A stretch of 64,000 nt of DNA, from the NCBI GenBank assembly GCA_032718475.1, contig JAUCBJ010006724.1:1-64000 (forward strand). Reading direction: 5' to 3'. The notes below the pieces were generated by a model that did not search any database, had not been told where the DNA came from, and was given only the letters and a program-made list of their open reading frames with translations. This document shows, one piece after another, positions 1-11,785 of this stretch; the stretch's first letter is position 1; each line of letters starts with the position of its first letter. The stretch comes from Nemertoderma westbladi (Eukaryota > Animalia > Xenacoelomorpha). The translations under genes were made by a program, and so were the position numbers.

Positions 1-988
1 ACGCGGTAACTCCAAAGTATATTTGGAATTCTTGATAGAAGCATTGTAACAACAAATAAATGTCACCCGCGTTTACCCTACCAGACGTGCGTCTTTGGTA
101 TTATTACGATAAACGCCCTAGACCCAAATAATAAACGGAAAGACATAAACATCCATGTAAACCGAAACTTGTTGACGTATCACCTATGCTCACTCGGCTC
201 GAACGATCCTGGAGTAAACCTACGATCAGAGTCCCGGAATACTCGGTCAAACCTCCTCATTCCTTAGTTGGACCTCAGACCTGCGATCCTGGTGGTGTCG
301 CGGATCCTCGCGGACTGTATTCACTGTTCAAAGATCTAGTGCTACCCTAACAATTAATCGGTAACACTCCGACAGTGATTTCTAGCTAGCCGCCCATCTT
401 ACCTAGCTGGATTATGACGCAGACACCTAATATCATTATCCAACCGTATGGTCGTCCCGTTTAACGCGATACAACCCTTCATTAAAGTGAAGGAGAGCGT
501 TGTACGAAACGAGTTAAACGCTATTCTATAAAGATCAAAAAAGAAACCTGCGTTTGTTCAGATAAACGTAAGTTATAACAGTAAGTCCAATCGATAAACG
601 AATTGTCTTTATCTCAGTTCGATTGTGAAATCCAGAATCTCTAAGAAGATATCGCACTTAGACAACCCCATTCTCTGCGAGAGTTTTTGGATGAACGTAT
701 CCAGCTACGAGCGGAGGAAAATCAGCTCGAGGAGAAGCATATCGAAACGGCGGATACCCCGACCACAATCCTACACCTTCTGATGCAATCATATTGCACC
801 CTTCACCCAGGAGTTATGGCCCTCCTAGTAAAGTGGCTCCCCCCAAAGAGAAAAAGACTCTTGCTAGCCTCAAAAAACTGCGTAAACGCCGTCTGCGTAA
901 GAAAGATTAACTGTTTAGAGTATCTTTATGTTTTAGAAACTGTGATTTTTATATTTTATAGACTGAAAATCCCATTTTCTGGGAGCGG
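1..988 (+). mobile_element. Probable non-coding 3' internal region of an LTR retrotransposon, ending in a PPT-like tract (GGGAGCGG, 981-988)
   Basis: The purine-rich tract directly abuts the TG start of the LTR at 989. No recognisable coding frame. Confidence 0.6.
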
Positions 989-2202
989 TGTAAAAGCTTT
1001 TACTGAATTGTCCGGTTATTTTTCCTTATTTTTCCCGTAAAGTACTCTGTAGTTGGTTTACCAGGCATAAAAAGGCCGTGTCCTTGCTGTACTGGTGTTT
1101 TGGCGGACATAAGAGCTATTTCTTCTGTATTTGTACTTTAGAGGACATAATCCGTAATTCCGTGATGTAAAAGCTCGATACTCTTGAAAACAGTGTCGCT
1201 ACCATGACGACGGCTAGCAGCTGATATTGCCACGTCGACGTTTCTTTGTTTCTCTGTTCTCTCGTTGTTCAGGTTGACCAATCAGAGCGTTTGTTGTCTT
1301 TGTGTTGGAGGTATATACAGAAACTCAGTAGTTCAGTGTTATGTTTTTTGCCCAGAGCCTAAGAACCGGCTTTGGCACCTCCGTGTTTTCAGTTTTTAGT
1401 CTTACACTAGTAGGTTTAATTATAAAGGGCATATATCCTTTAACTACCTGACTCATGGAATCACTGCTAACTGATCATACATACTGACTGCTGAAACATT
1501 GCAAACTCATAACAATCAGTGTTCAGTTGTTGTTTTATACTGCTATTTACCGTCAGTTCTTCATAATATGGTTGATGAATTATTATATTTGGAATAACGA
1601 TAAATAACCCCGAAACCCAATATTCTTGATATACCGAAGGTAAGGGAGAAAGGTTACAGATAAACGATTGTGACTTATGTTAAAGTGGTTTGAAGTGAAT
1701 CTAATGTTATTTGATAGACCCTACATGAGTCAGTCTGTGTTCCTTTTATATGTGACTAAAATCAGTGAAGATCGGCAGATTAGTGTGCAGTATTGTGCAG
1801 CATTGTGTATGAGTGAGTCTGTTAAAGAAGCATTCCTAAAGAATGCGCCATATATGTGAATTATAATTAAGCCATATCGTTGTGAGTAGTTTAAGTCATA
1901 ACTCTGTTTATATAGATAAAGCGCCACGTCCTAAAGGAACTGTTAATATTACCGAAGGTGAATAATATTGTCAGAGATTATATAGTACTGTCAGTCGAAT
2001 AATACATTAGGCTTACATAGCAATAAAATTAAACCGTCGAACCCAATCTCCCGGGAATATCCAGCGGGTGAATGGTCGCGCACGGATTGGTTTCGACTAG
2101 TGTAGTGAATCAAATACTTGTCATAGACTAAAAACCGATTTAATATCTAGAAGACATCTTAATTTGGTGGGTTAAACTGCCAAAGGTCTGAAAGCGCGAA
2201 CA
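989..2202 (+). mobile_element. LTR (TG...CA, ~1.2 kb), probably the 3' LTR of a BEL/Pao-family element
   Basis: Aligns end to end with 55213-56355 (TGTAAAAGC...AAAGCGC(G/A)AACA). Its 3' ~325 bp recur at 29365-29689 with the same end. Confidence 0.9.
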
Positions 2203-2343
2203 GGTCCTATAGCTTGGAATCTGGTCCTATAGCATTGGAATCTGGTCCTATAGCATTGGAATCTGGTCCTATAGCATTGGAATCTGGTCCTATAGCATTG
2301 GAATCTGGTCCTATAGCATTGGAATCTGGTCCTATTATGGAAT
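2203..2343. repeat. 21-bp tandem repeat (GGTCCTATAGCATTGGAATCT) x ~6.5
   Basis: Directly visible; the LTR abuts the array. Confidence 0.95.
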
Positions 2344-2530
2344 TATTTGTCAAACAGATCTATGTAAAATTTTAAAAATATATATTTTGAATTCATTTGC
2401 ATTATTTGTATTAAATTGTTAGGTTCATATGTTTCTAAAAGATTATATTAAGTCCTTTTACATTTAGTATAGATATTTGTACAACATTGTTTAAGTGGTT
2501 CAGTAGCACATGCTGTCATGAGTAGGAATG

Positions 2531-2625
2531 CCTAAGGTGCGTGGTAAAAGCTAAGGTCGGTGGTAGCGTGCTAAGGTCGATGGTAGCTTGTTAAGGTGCG
2601 TGGTAGGGAGCTGCTAAGGTAAGTG
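2531..2625. repeat. Degenerate ~20-bp repeats (CTAAGGT..TGGTA) x ~5, possibly DNA-transposon subterminal repeats
   Basis: Repeated motif visible; origin is inferred. Confidence 0.6.
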
Positions 2626-3089
2626 TAAAATCCTGTGAGAATATTGAGTTCTCTGGTAGTAGAGGGAAATTTAAATTCTATAAATTGTACTTTCAGTGAC
2701 GCTGCCTATCTATACGCTATACCTGCCTTAGGCTGTTAGGGTTCTATTATCAGCCTATTATTATAGCAATAGGCAGAGGATGTTTAAAGGCAGAGGCTGT
2801 TTAATATACCTACCGGTACTGTAGGGTTAGGGGTTCAATAGCTTCTCTATTATTCAAAATTCAGCCCAAGGCATCATATATCATGACATCTGATGTAGGC
2901 TAAGCCCTATTCTTTATTATTACTGTATTACTGTATTCAAAAAAACACGGGATTTTCAACGGGCTTTAATTGGCAAAGTTAATACATATAAAGTAAAATA
3001 TGGTGGTGGTGAATATTATAGAGCTGAAATTATAATACATAGTAATAATATGATTGACAATAACTTCTATACCTTCCTTACTAAATTTC

Positions 3090-3320
3090 CTTACTAAATT
3101 ATTATGTCGGGACATGAAAGCTAATGGTTATTCATTAAAACAACTCCGGAAGGAAATTCAAACCCAGGATATCCGGAGTAATCAACGACCTCATTTCAGG
3201 AGCTATCAGATTGGTCCACCCTTGCTGTTATCGTGTGAAGAGAACCATCAACCCAGACGTGGTAAATCAACGTTATCTCTACCTCTGCCATTTCCAGGAC
3301 CAAATTCCATTGGCCATGCA
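3090..3320 (+). pseudogene. Possible Penelope-like RT C-terminal remnant
   Basis: Weak motif resemblance only (MKANGYS...LSLPLPFPG). Confidence 0.2.
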
Positions 3321-4149
3321 ACTAATAATACTTGATAGCGACAGCGATGAGTAAGATGGATGGATATATACTGTAGTATATACCGTTAAACTTTAACTGG
3401 AGTGGAGATTATTTTGTCCGGCTTATTGTATGAAATAATATCATTAAGATTGTTAATATGTTAAATAAACTTTAAATGTTAAAAAGGCGGCCCTGAGTGG
3501 TGGTTGTTTGTTGCTAAGGACGATACCGATCTCAACCAATGGATGGATGGGTTGGCGGCGCTATGTGGGGGCGCTGGCACCGAGGGATGGGATTCTAAAT
3601 CACTGACATTCCATTGCTTAATGGTTGAGGCGATTATGTCTACGTTTCCATGTTATAAATTTGGCGCTTATTAATGTTGGAGTAAATAAATTATAAAAAA
3701 TATGGCCTACGTTCTTACAATGTCCATTACGAGGTATTATTGTTCTTTTTTATATCTGTGTCTTTATTCTCGTTTTTAAAAGTTATTATAGCGCAGATTA
3801 TTTCCCACTCCTGCATTGTTTATAGATTCATTATTTTTATCAATGAAATTTAATTTTTAATAAATGTAAAAACCTTATCGGCAATGTTTTCTGTTTACTG
3901 GAAATGTTCTTTTTATTCTAGAAAAATTACATTATGTATAGTAATAGTTTATCGTTGAAGTTATTACATCAAAGAATATATCTTTAACGTTTCTTGTATC
4001 TTTTCTTTCTTTGTTTTTTTGTATCTTTATTCGCCGTAATTTACTCGAACCACCTGTGTTATATTGTCCGACAGTGTTTGCCACTCACTTTCTCTGACAT
4101 TGTCCGACAATGTCTTTCAATTATGATAATAAAATATGATAATTAAATA

Positions 4150-4746
4150 TCACCACGAAATCAAATTGATTTTCACCTTGAGTTTTTCGGGATGCTGATC
4201 CATTATCACGAATATGACACTAAAAAATATCGTACCTTGTTAATTACGGCATTTTTTGATATGTGTCAATGTGCAGCACGAAAAATACAAGTAGCACAAA
4301 TTTGATATTCCAAAATTCAAATTCGATTTTTCTCGTTTGAAATTTTATGCTACTTGTATTTTTCGTCCCAGAGCAGACAAGCACCGACGATCATAGTTGC
4401 ATTCATATTCCCACGAATGATTATAACGAGTTGTATCATGATCAGCAACCTTGAAAACCAGTATAGCTTTAGACTTATCAAACCAAAGGCAAAATTTAAC
4501 AGTTTGAAATTTTTGCTACTTTTTACTTTTCATTCTGGAGCACCAGATGGCACTAAAAATGATGGTTGCATTGCCAGAATATTTTTTTAACAAGTTTTAT
4601 CGTAAACAGCGACCTCGAAAACCTTTAAACCATTCAAATTATAATTTTTGAGCCAAGATATAAACAAATGTCTAAAATGACCCCCCTCTGCCCCTCCCCC
4701 CCTGTGCCAATTGAGTAGTAAAATAGACCGGACCAGATAGGGTTAA
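4150..4746. mobile_element. piggyBac-like non-autonomous element, right end (...CCAGATAGGG|TTAA)
   Basis: AGGG-TTAA terminus at 4739-4746 matches the TTAA|CCCTATTTGGCCCGG end at 52755. Left boundary approximate. Confidence 0.55.
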
Positions 4747-4781
4747 TTTATTTGGTCATATATGGCCATTGGTTTATTCTA

Positions 4782-4944
4782 CACTGAAGAGAATCGCATG
4801 CTAGACACGTGCGATACGCATGGGTACTTCGCATGATATCCGCATGCGTATCGCTTCTAAAGGTCCCGACACTTTCCCATGCGATTCGCATGCGAATTAG
4901 ATGCGTGACCCACATGCGATACGCATGAACATTTTTGACTGGGG
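4782..4944. mobile_element. Small MITE-like element with direct and inverted TGCGATACGCATG repeats (CACTA/EnSpm-like)
   Basis: Repeated quasi-palindromic motifs and CAC.../...GGG ends; superfamily inferred. Confidence 0.4.
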
Positions 4945-6339
4945 TTTCAATGGAAGTAGTTAAAATAATGTCCTATTTAAAAATGAAAACCATACTTTTT
5001 TTATCTACTTATAAAATAAATCATTTCAGCAATATGTCTAATGTTTTCACATTTTTTTCTTTTTTTCTTCCCTTTTCCCTCTTTTCTCCTTTCTGTTTTT
5101 CCTTGTTTTCCTGCTGGTTTTCTTTTTTTTTTCCCCCTCCCAGCAGTCTGTTTTACCCCAAGCCTCGGGCTATGCATGTAGTATGGGCCTATATGGCAGT
5201 GAAGGTTAATGGAAGATACTGTACTACTGTAAGATAAAACCATATACTGTAACTCACAAGTTGACATACTGTACCTTATACTGTATATCCATTACCTTTA
5301 GATCAATTTTACTTTAAACTAAGTTTTTTCAGTTACATGGTTTTGACTTAAAGAGGGCAGTATAATGTATTGGGTTTAGCAGTTTATAAACAGTTTAGTA
5401 GTTGGGTTTATTGTTGTTCACTTGGTTATTACAATAAAAAGTATTTCGGTCCAATGCCATTATGTCATCTCTGATTCACCTAACTATTTTGACGTCACAC
5501 GTATGTTTTATTTTTCCCAACTGGTACCATTCCACAGTGAGGCATCCCTAACACGGTGTGGGGTCTGGGTCTGACTTACACCTCGCCTCGGTGGAAAGAA
5601 ATTAAATAGCGACTGTAGTTTATTCTTACAACTCGTGTAAAATATGTAATCCTTTCTTTCTTCTCGACTCATGAATCTCGAGCATTAATGGTACCTTGGT
5701 TAGGAAAAGATGAGGCATAAACTATTACTTCGGCTCTACTGCTGCCCCCATTAATACATTTTATTTTTACTTTAACTAAAACCCACAAAGCGCCAGGTTA
5801 TACAAGTATACAATATACAAACTCATTGGAATCAAAAACAAACTTTAAGTGAAGTAAAAGAGTTTTATTCGGTTGTAAGGACAGGGATTACGCATTAACC
5901 TCTAGATAAAATTATAAAATTATTATTTAAAATATCGGCGCCGTTTTTAGCTAAAAAGACCGGACGGCAAAGAGGTTATCCCGATAAAGGATATAAATAT
6001 ATACAGTACAAATACTGTATACATAAAACCCTGTCGCTGTAAAGTGCTCCCAATTCCCTGAATTATTAAAGTGGTCGTTTATTGTTTTGATAAAAAAGGA
6101 ATAAGTGCAGGAATAAGTGCATGGGAATAAGTGGGAATCGGTTGAAGGGGGTCAAAGGGGATATAACTCGACATGCTACTAATTTATAAGTTTCACTTTG
6201 ATTCATTGATAGATTTCGTTTATGTTGCATTAAAATCAGATTCACTGAAAACATTAATAACCTTAAAATCAATGTATTTAATCAGTTACAAATATAGTTC
6301 ACTACAAAATACAACAATTTTGTTACCGGTAACTTTTAG

Positions 6340-6749
6340 ATTTATGAACAGAATTGATATGGGTGTTTAGGCAGTCTTGCCGACTGAATTCTTTATTACA
6401 ATAACCGCATTTATGTTTGATATCTTGGTGAACGTATTTGATATGTTGTTTTAGCAAATGATTTTACACAATGAAAACAGTTTTACTTAATACCTTTATG
6501 AAAGTAGTTCACATGGGTGTTTACCTTTGCTGGCTGAATTCTTTATTACAATAACCGCACTTATATTTAATATCTTTATGTATATATAGAGTCGATATGT
6601 TGTTTTAGAACGCATTTTTTAGTAAATGATTTCCCACAATAGGAGCAGCTATACTTGAAGACACCTTTGTGGGCAAAGTTAATGTGGGTGTTTAGACTCC
6701 TTTGATAGCTGAATTCTTTATGACAATAACCGCACTTATGTTTTACATC
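6340..6749 (-). pseudogene. Degenerate continuation of the zinc-finger array (~4-5 more fingers) beyond a nonsense codon
   Basis: TAA at 6750-6752 sits where the other repeats have a Lys codon (H-K-D-I). Finger repeats continue downstream and pick up indels. Confidence 0.85.
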
Positions 6750-8417
6750 TTAGTGAACGGATTCGATATGTTGTTTTAGTACGGCTTTTCTAGCAAATGA
6801 TTTTCCACAATGAAAACAGTTGAACTTGATATCTTTATGGGAGTAGTTGATATGAGTGTTTAGATACGTTAGCTGACTGAATTCTTTATGACAATAACCG
6901 CACTTATGTTTTATATCCTTATGTATAGAGTCGACATGTCGTTTTAGTACGGCTTTTGTAGCAAATGATTTTCCACAATCGAAACAGTTGTACTTGATAT
7001 CTTTATGAAAGTAGTTCACATGAGTGTTTAGATTCCTTTGCTGACTGAATTCTTTATTACAATAATCGCACTTATGTTTTATATCTTTATGTATAGAGTC
7101 GACATGTTGTTTTAGTTCGGCTTTTTTAGCAAATGAATTTCCACAATCAGAGCAGCTATACTTGATGATACCTTTGTGGGCAAAGTTAATGTGGGTGTTT
7201 AGATTCCATTGCCGTCTGAATTCTTTATTACAATAACCGCACTTATGTTTTATATCCTTATGTATAGAGTCGACATGTCGGTTTAGTTCGGCCTTTGTAA
7301 CAAATGATTTTCCACAATCAAAACAGTTGTACTTGATATCTTTATGAAAGTAGTTCACATGGGTGTTTAGACTACCTTGCTGGCTGAATTCTTTATTACA
7401 ATAACTGCACTTATATTTAATATCTTGATGTATAGAGTCGACATGTTGTTTTAGTTTGTCTTTTGTAGCAAATGATTTTCCACAATCAGAACAGTTGTAC
7501 TTGATATCTTTATGAAAGTAGTTCACATGGGTGTTTAGATTCCCTTGCTGACTGAATTCTTTATTACAATAACCGCACTTATGTTTTATATCTTTGTGAA
7601 CGGATTCGATATGTTGTTTTAGTACGTCCTTTCTAGCAAATAATTTTCCACAATCGGAGCAGTTGTACTTGATATCTTTATGTATAAAGTCGACATGTCG
7701 TTTTAGTACGGCTTTTGTAGCAAATGATTTTCCACAATCGTAGCAGCTATACTTGATGATACCTTTGTGGGCAAAGTTAACGTGGGTGTTTAGCCTACTT
7801 TGATAGCTGAATTCTTTATTACAATAACCGCACTTATGTTTGTTATCTTTATGGGTAGCGTCAACATGCTTCTTTACATATTTTTTTCTTTTACACACTT
7901 TATCACAATAATCGCATTTATACTTATTCTTGACGTCTTTATAAACGGATTCTATATGTCTCTCTAAATTTCCTTTGATATTAAATAATTCATTGCAATG
8001 CAAACAGGAACTGGTATCTGAAGAAGATACCAACTCCCCAACAGTTTCATTAGAATTGCCGGACTCTGTTGTTGCACAACTGATTGTTGGTTCTGTACCT
8101 TCAGTTCCAATGGGCCTACGATACGAACAGTCTGGATTATTGTTTTCCCGTTTTTCAACAATAAAAGAATCTCCAGATTGTTCATAAGAAATATCTTCGT
8201 CATCTAGTACAGGGACAACATCTAGTCTACCGAACAAATTGTTGTGATCTTCGATGGGAGATGATTCGTAAACGCACTTCCCTTGATTAACATCAAGATA
8301 ATAGGGGGTGGAGTCTGTTGGTTCTTTCTTTATAATCATACAATCTGTTTGTTCTTTCTTTAGAATTATACCGGCACCAGATGATTTCTCTTTCAATAAA
8401 TTAGTATGTTTATCCAT
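6750..8417 (-). CDS. Tandem C2H2 zinc-finger protein (~14 intact fingers plus 1 degenerate), intronless ORF
   Basis: Repeated CxxC-x12-HxxxxH units with KDIK(H/Y) linkers. Acidic N-terminus carries two psi-K-x-E motifs (LKKE, IKKE). First ATG at 8417. Confidence 0.9.
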   Translation of the reverse strand: MDKHTNLLKEKSSGAGIILKKEQTDCMIIKKEPTDSTPYYLDVNQGKCVYESSPIEDHNNLFGRLDVVPVLDDEDISYEQSGDSFIVEKRENNNPDCSYRRPIGTEGTEPTISCATTESGNSNETVGELVSSSDTSSCLHCNELFNIKGNLERHIESVYKDVKNKYKCDYCDKVCKRKKYVKKHVDATHKDNKHKCGYCNKEFSYQSRLNTHVNFAHKGIIKYSCYDCGKSFATKAVLKRHVDFIHKDIKYNCSDCGKLFARKDVLKQHIESVHKDIKHKCGYCNKEFSQQGNLNTHVNYFHKDIKYNCSDCGKSFATKDKLKQHVDSIHQDIKYKCSYCNKEFSQQGSLNTHVNYFHKDIKYNCFDCGKSFVTKAELNRHVDSIHKDIKHKCGYCNKEFRRQWNLNTHINFAHKGIIKYSCSDCGNSFAKKAELKQHVDSIHKDIKHKCDYCNKEFSQQRNLNTHVNYFHKDIKYNCFDCGKSFATKAVLKRHVDSIHKDIKHKCGYCHKEFSQLTYLNTHINYSHKDIKFNCFHCGKSFARKAVLKQHIESVH

Positions 8418-10799
8418 TATCAAATCTTCAATAAATATTAATCAATAAATTAAATACAGGTGGTAGTAGTTTTAGGTATGTCAAGCTCTTCACTAATAAA
8501 AATTTCACGCGATGTAAATATAATAAATAGATTATATAAGAGCGTTCAAAAGTTGCATGTCACTGTAACGGAATGGAGCAGGTTATAGTAACAGTGACAA
8601 ACAAATGGAACCAAAAGAAAACTATCACTACTACAGTACCAGCAGTACCAGTACGATTCGAGAGTAAAGGTTTAGGTGATTTATTAAATATGTTATTGGC
8701 AATTGAATTAAAGAGACAGAGTGTGCTACGTACGGTCGCGGTTGTATGAAACTACGAAAGTTCCTATGTAACAAACTTCGCCCGCGTTTGAACTTAAGTA
8801 ATTAATTACCGGTACCTAATACTTAAACAAAAACTCAAGTTCGTGTAGTTGACTATGAAACTGTAACCTGTAAAGCCCATGGCGACGGACATTGTCAATA
8901 CTGCTAACTTTGAAGGTCGATTTCACTTGGTTGCTATGGTATTTTCAAAAAAACTAAATATGCCATTCACTTCATCATATCAAAAATATTAATCTTCAAT
9001 AAATTTTAACTCATCATATCTATAGATATACTATAAGAGCTGTTGCTATGGCAGTTTCCTCCGTTGCTATGTTTAAGACCCTCTTAAAAACCAGCTCAAC
9101 CTTTTGGTGAAGTCTACCCAATTTGTTTATAATGTCCGATATCAGTACTAAACATCTAGATGGTGTGGCTCAGTCGTATAAAAACACTCACGGGGTCATA
9201 GGCTGGAGCCTGTATTACATATAGAAACACCTAGATTTATAAACATTGAGGCAGAAAACAACAGTTGGACATTTTTTTACCTACGAAATTAAACATCATG
9301 ATTACTGAAATATTTCCGTTGCTATGTTAACCCGAGCGGGTTTTATAAATTGCAGAAATAGATAACAATTCAACCAGTGTGTATAAGTGTGGAACAATTC
9401 AACCAGTGTGTACGTACACTGCGTTGTACCGGTACTGGACTAGACTTTGAATGATACAGACTGAACTCTGAAACTGTAAGCTTGACGATGAGTATGGTCA
9501 CCATACTATGGTGTGGCATTCAAGGCGATAAAAGCTCTGTTAGATGGAAACCACAACGAGTCTAAACGACAAAACGAAGTTTGGACTTCGTCGTCTTCAT
9601 TCGAAGTTTATTGGACATCAGTCTTCCATTCCGGCTTTATTTAGACTCGGCAACCTTGTTCTCGGGTTTACTATTACTCCATGTGCCAGTGCCATCTGCC
9701 ATGTTTATGTTCAACCGATAATTTTTCGCCGCCACATCATCGTGACGCCGCCTTCAGGTAGTCGGAATAGTTCATATGAGTAGTTTAGTCTAGTACAGTA
9801 GTGCCGGTACACGCAGTGCATTCTACTGAAGTAGGTACCGGTTCTGGCTATATTGTTATCAATTCTGAGATTTAAAACTCCTTAAAGTTTAAAACTCCTG
9901 GCAACGAACGGTACGGCTACGGTAGTTAATTATAGGTAGTTATGTCGTTTACTTTTGAATTTTCGCTGAAAAAGTATAAAAAAATACAGCAAACCATAGT
10001 TTCTGTCTCATTTTTGATAAATCTATGTGTTTCTAGATGTTTCGGGCCTTTATCAAACTCGGTGTTTATTCTAGCTGTAGCGTTTCCAGGTATTATTAAG
10101 TACGTTTGATTGAACGACCATTCAGCCATTAATTATCTAATGTCAGGATTGTTTGGCTAGTGTCGTTCAAATGTACTAATACCCTGTTTCCAGGTGTTTC
10201 CAGCCATTTTCCAGGGTTTTCAGCTTTTCAGTACATACCAAGGACTACTCTACCATTGCAGGTGCAGCCATATACAGGTATAAGCAACAGTCTGACAGTG
10301 CTTACCCGTAATATATGAACGCAGAATACACTACACTGAATAATGACAATCACAAATATAGGCCTACAGCTGTACAGACCTGCAGACTGACAGACGTCAG
10401 GTAGGCTATGGGTTCAGGACTTAATGCAACTGACACATACAGACATATGGAATCAGCATGCGGATGCATCATCGACCAATCAAAATTGCTAATCATCCCC
10501 TTCTATTTCCTTAGAAATTGGAGCCCTCCTATTGGCTTGTTTAGTCTTACTCTCAAGATTTGTGGTTTTCAAGCAATGTTAGACTATCTTTCTTATAAGG
10601 TTTACTCTGAGGCACCCCCCCCCCCCCCCCCTCCCTCCCTCCCTCCACCCACCTACAGCTGCCAGTTGTCTATTGACTCTGCTGGCCTTGGAGTTACTCA
10701 ACTTAGGGAAAATATCATATTCATACAACTTATCGATTCATTCCATTGTTTTTATTTCAATGCTGCTACTTTTTAAATGCTTAAATGATAGTATATTTC

Positions 10800-11675
10800 T
10801 AGTGTCGGAATACACCACATAACAAATAAATAATATAAATATAGATATATTAATTTATACATTATGTAAAAACAATAACAAATACACCAAACAATGTACC
10901 GGTATAAAGGTATTGTCCAACATAAGAATTATCCCTAAAGCTTTGCAGCTTATTTCCAAGGGGGTCCTTTATGTTACTTGGTTACAAATACAATATTACA
11001 CTACGCTAACCTAAAACCAATATAAAACGTAATTACTCTATGTACATGTACAACTTTACCAAGAGCGTGACAATGTCCGACTCAACGATAAAGATGTAAT
11101 GTACAGAATAATTTATTACAAAACGTAATTCAGTAATTACAGTATAAATAGTAAATAATTAATAAACTAATAACTTACTGTAGGACTATTGTACCTATTT
11201 TTACATTGCACACGGAGGTGAGATTTAACTGCAGATTTAAAAGAATGTTGATTATCTAGGTTTTTAATTTCATTAGGCAGAGCGTTCCAATTTTTAATAC
11301 CGTTAAAAAATAAAGTATCAGATTCAAAGTATTTACAATTCGGGAGGTAGAAGTTTGAAGCACTAGCTCTGGTACTGTAAGAGTGTATCGCGTACTCTGT
11401 TGAATTTTTGTTTTAGGTAATTGGGACACTTACCATTATACACTTTATGCACATGGTTAAGGCGTAGCTGCTTAACTCTACTTCCTAAGTTAAGTAGTCC
11501 ATCTTCAGAAAATTCAGCTGGAGTTAGGTGGTGCCTAGGTTTGTAGTCTTTAATAAATCGTACTACTTTATTCTGAGCTACTTGTAATTTACATTTAAGC
11601 TGTTTGGTTAAGCCTACATACCAAGAAGAGCATGCATGCATAGTCCATGTGCCACTGTATTAAAGAAGAGCAATG
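10800..11675 (-). mobile_element. 5'-truncated L2/Crack-like LINE (RT C-terminus plus 3' UTR)
   Basis: ACSSWY...KLQVAQNKVVRFI translation and GGACCCC...GGAAATAAG 3' motif. Near-identical sequence inverted at 45521-45845. Confidence 0.8.
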
Positions 11676-11785
11676 TAACTGGAGAGGATATAAAATGCAG
11701 GGGCTGAAGCTTGACGCAAATCCCATCTCGGCAAATTAATATCTTGTCTCGGTGAATTAAGACTGTTATATCAATTAGATAACTG

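Noticed and set aside
687-1040. 117-aa ORF as an env-like gene
   Set aside because: TTG start, short, crosses the PPT/LTR boundary and has no glycoprotein features.
5540-5810. Possible SINE body (AATGGTACC core-like motif)
   Set aside because: No recognisable A/B boxes, TSD or second copy in the window.
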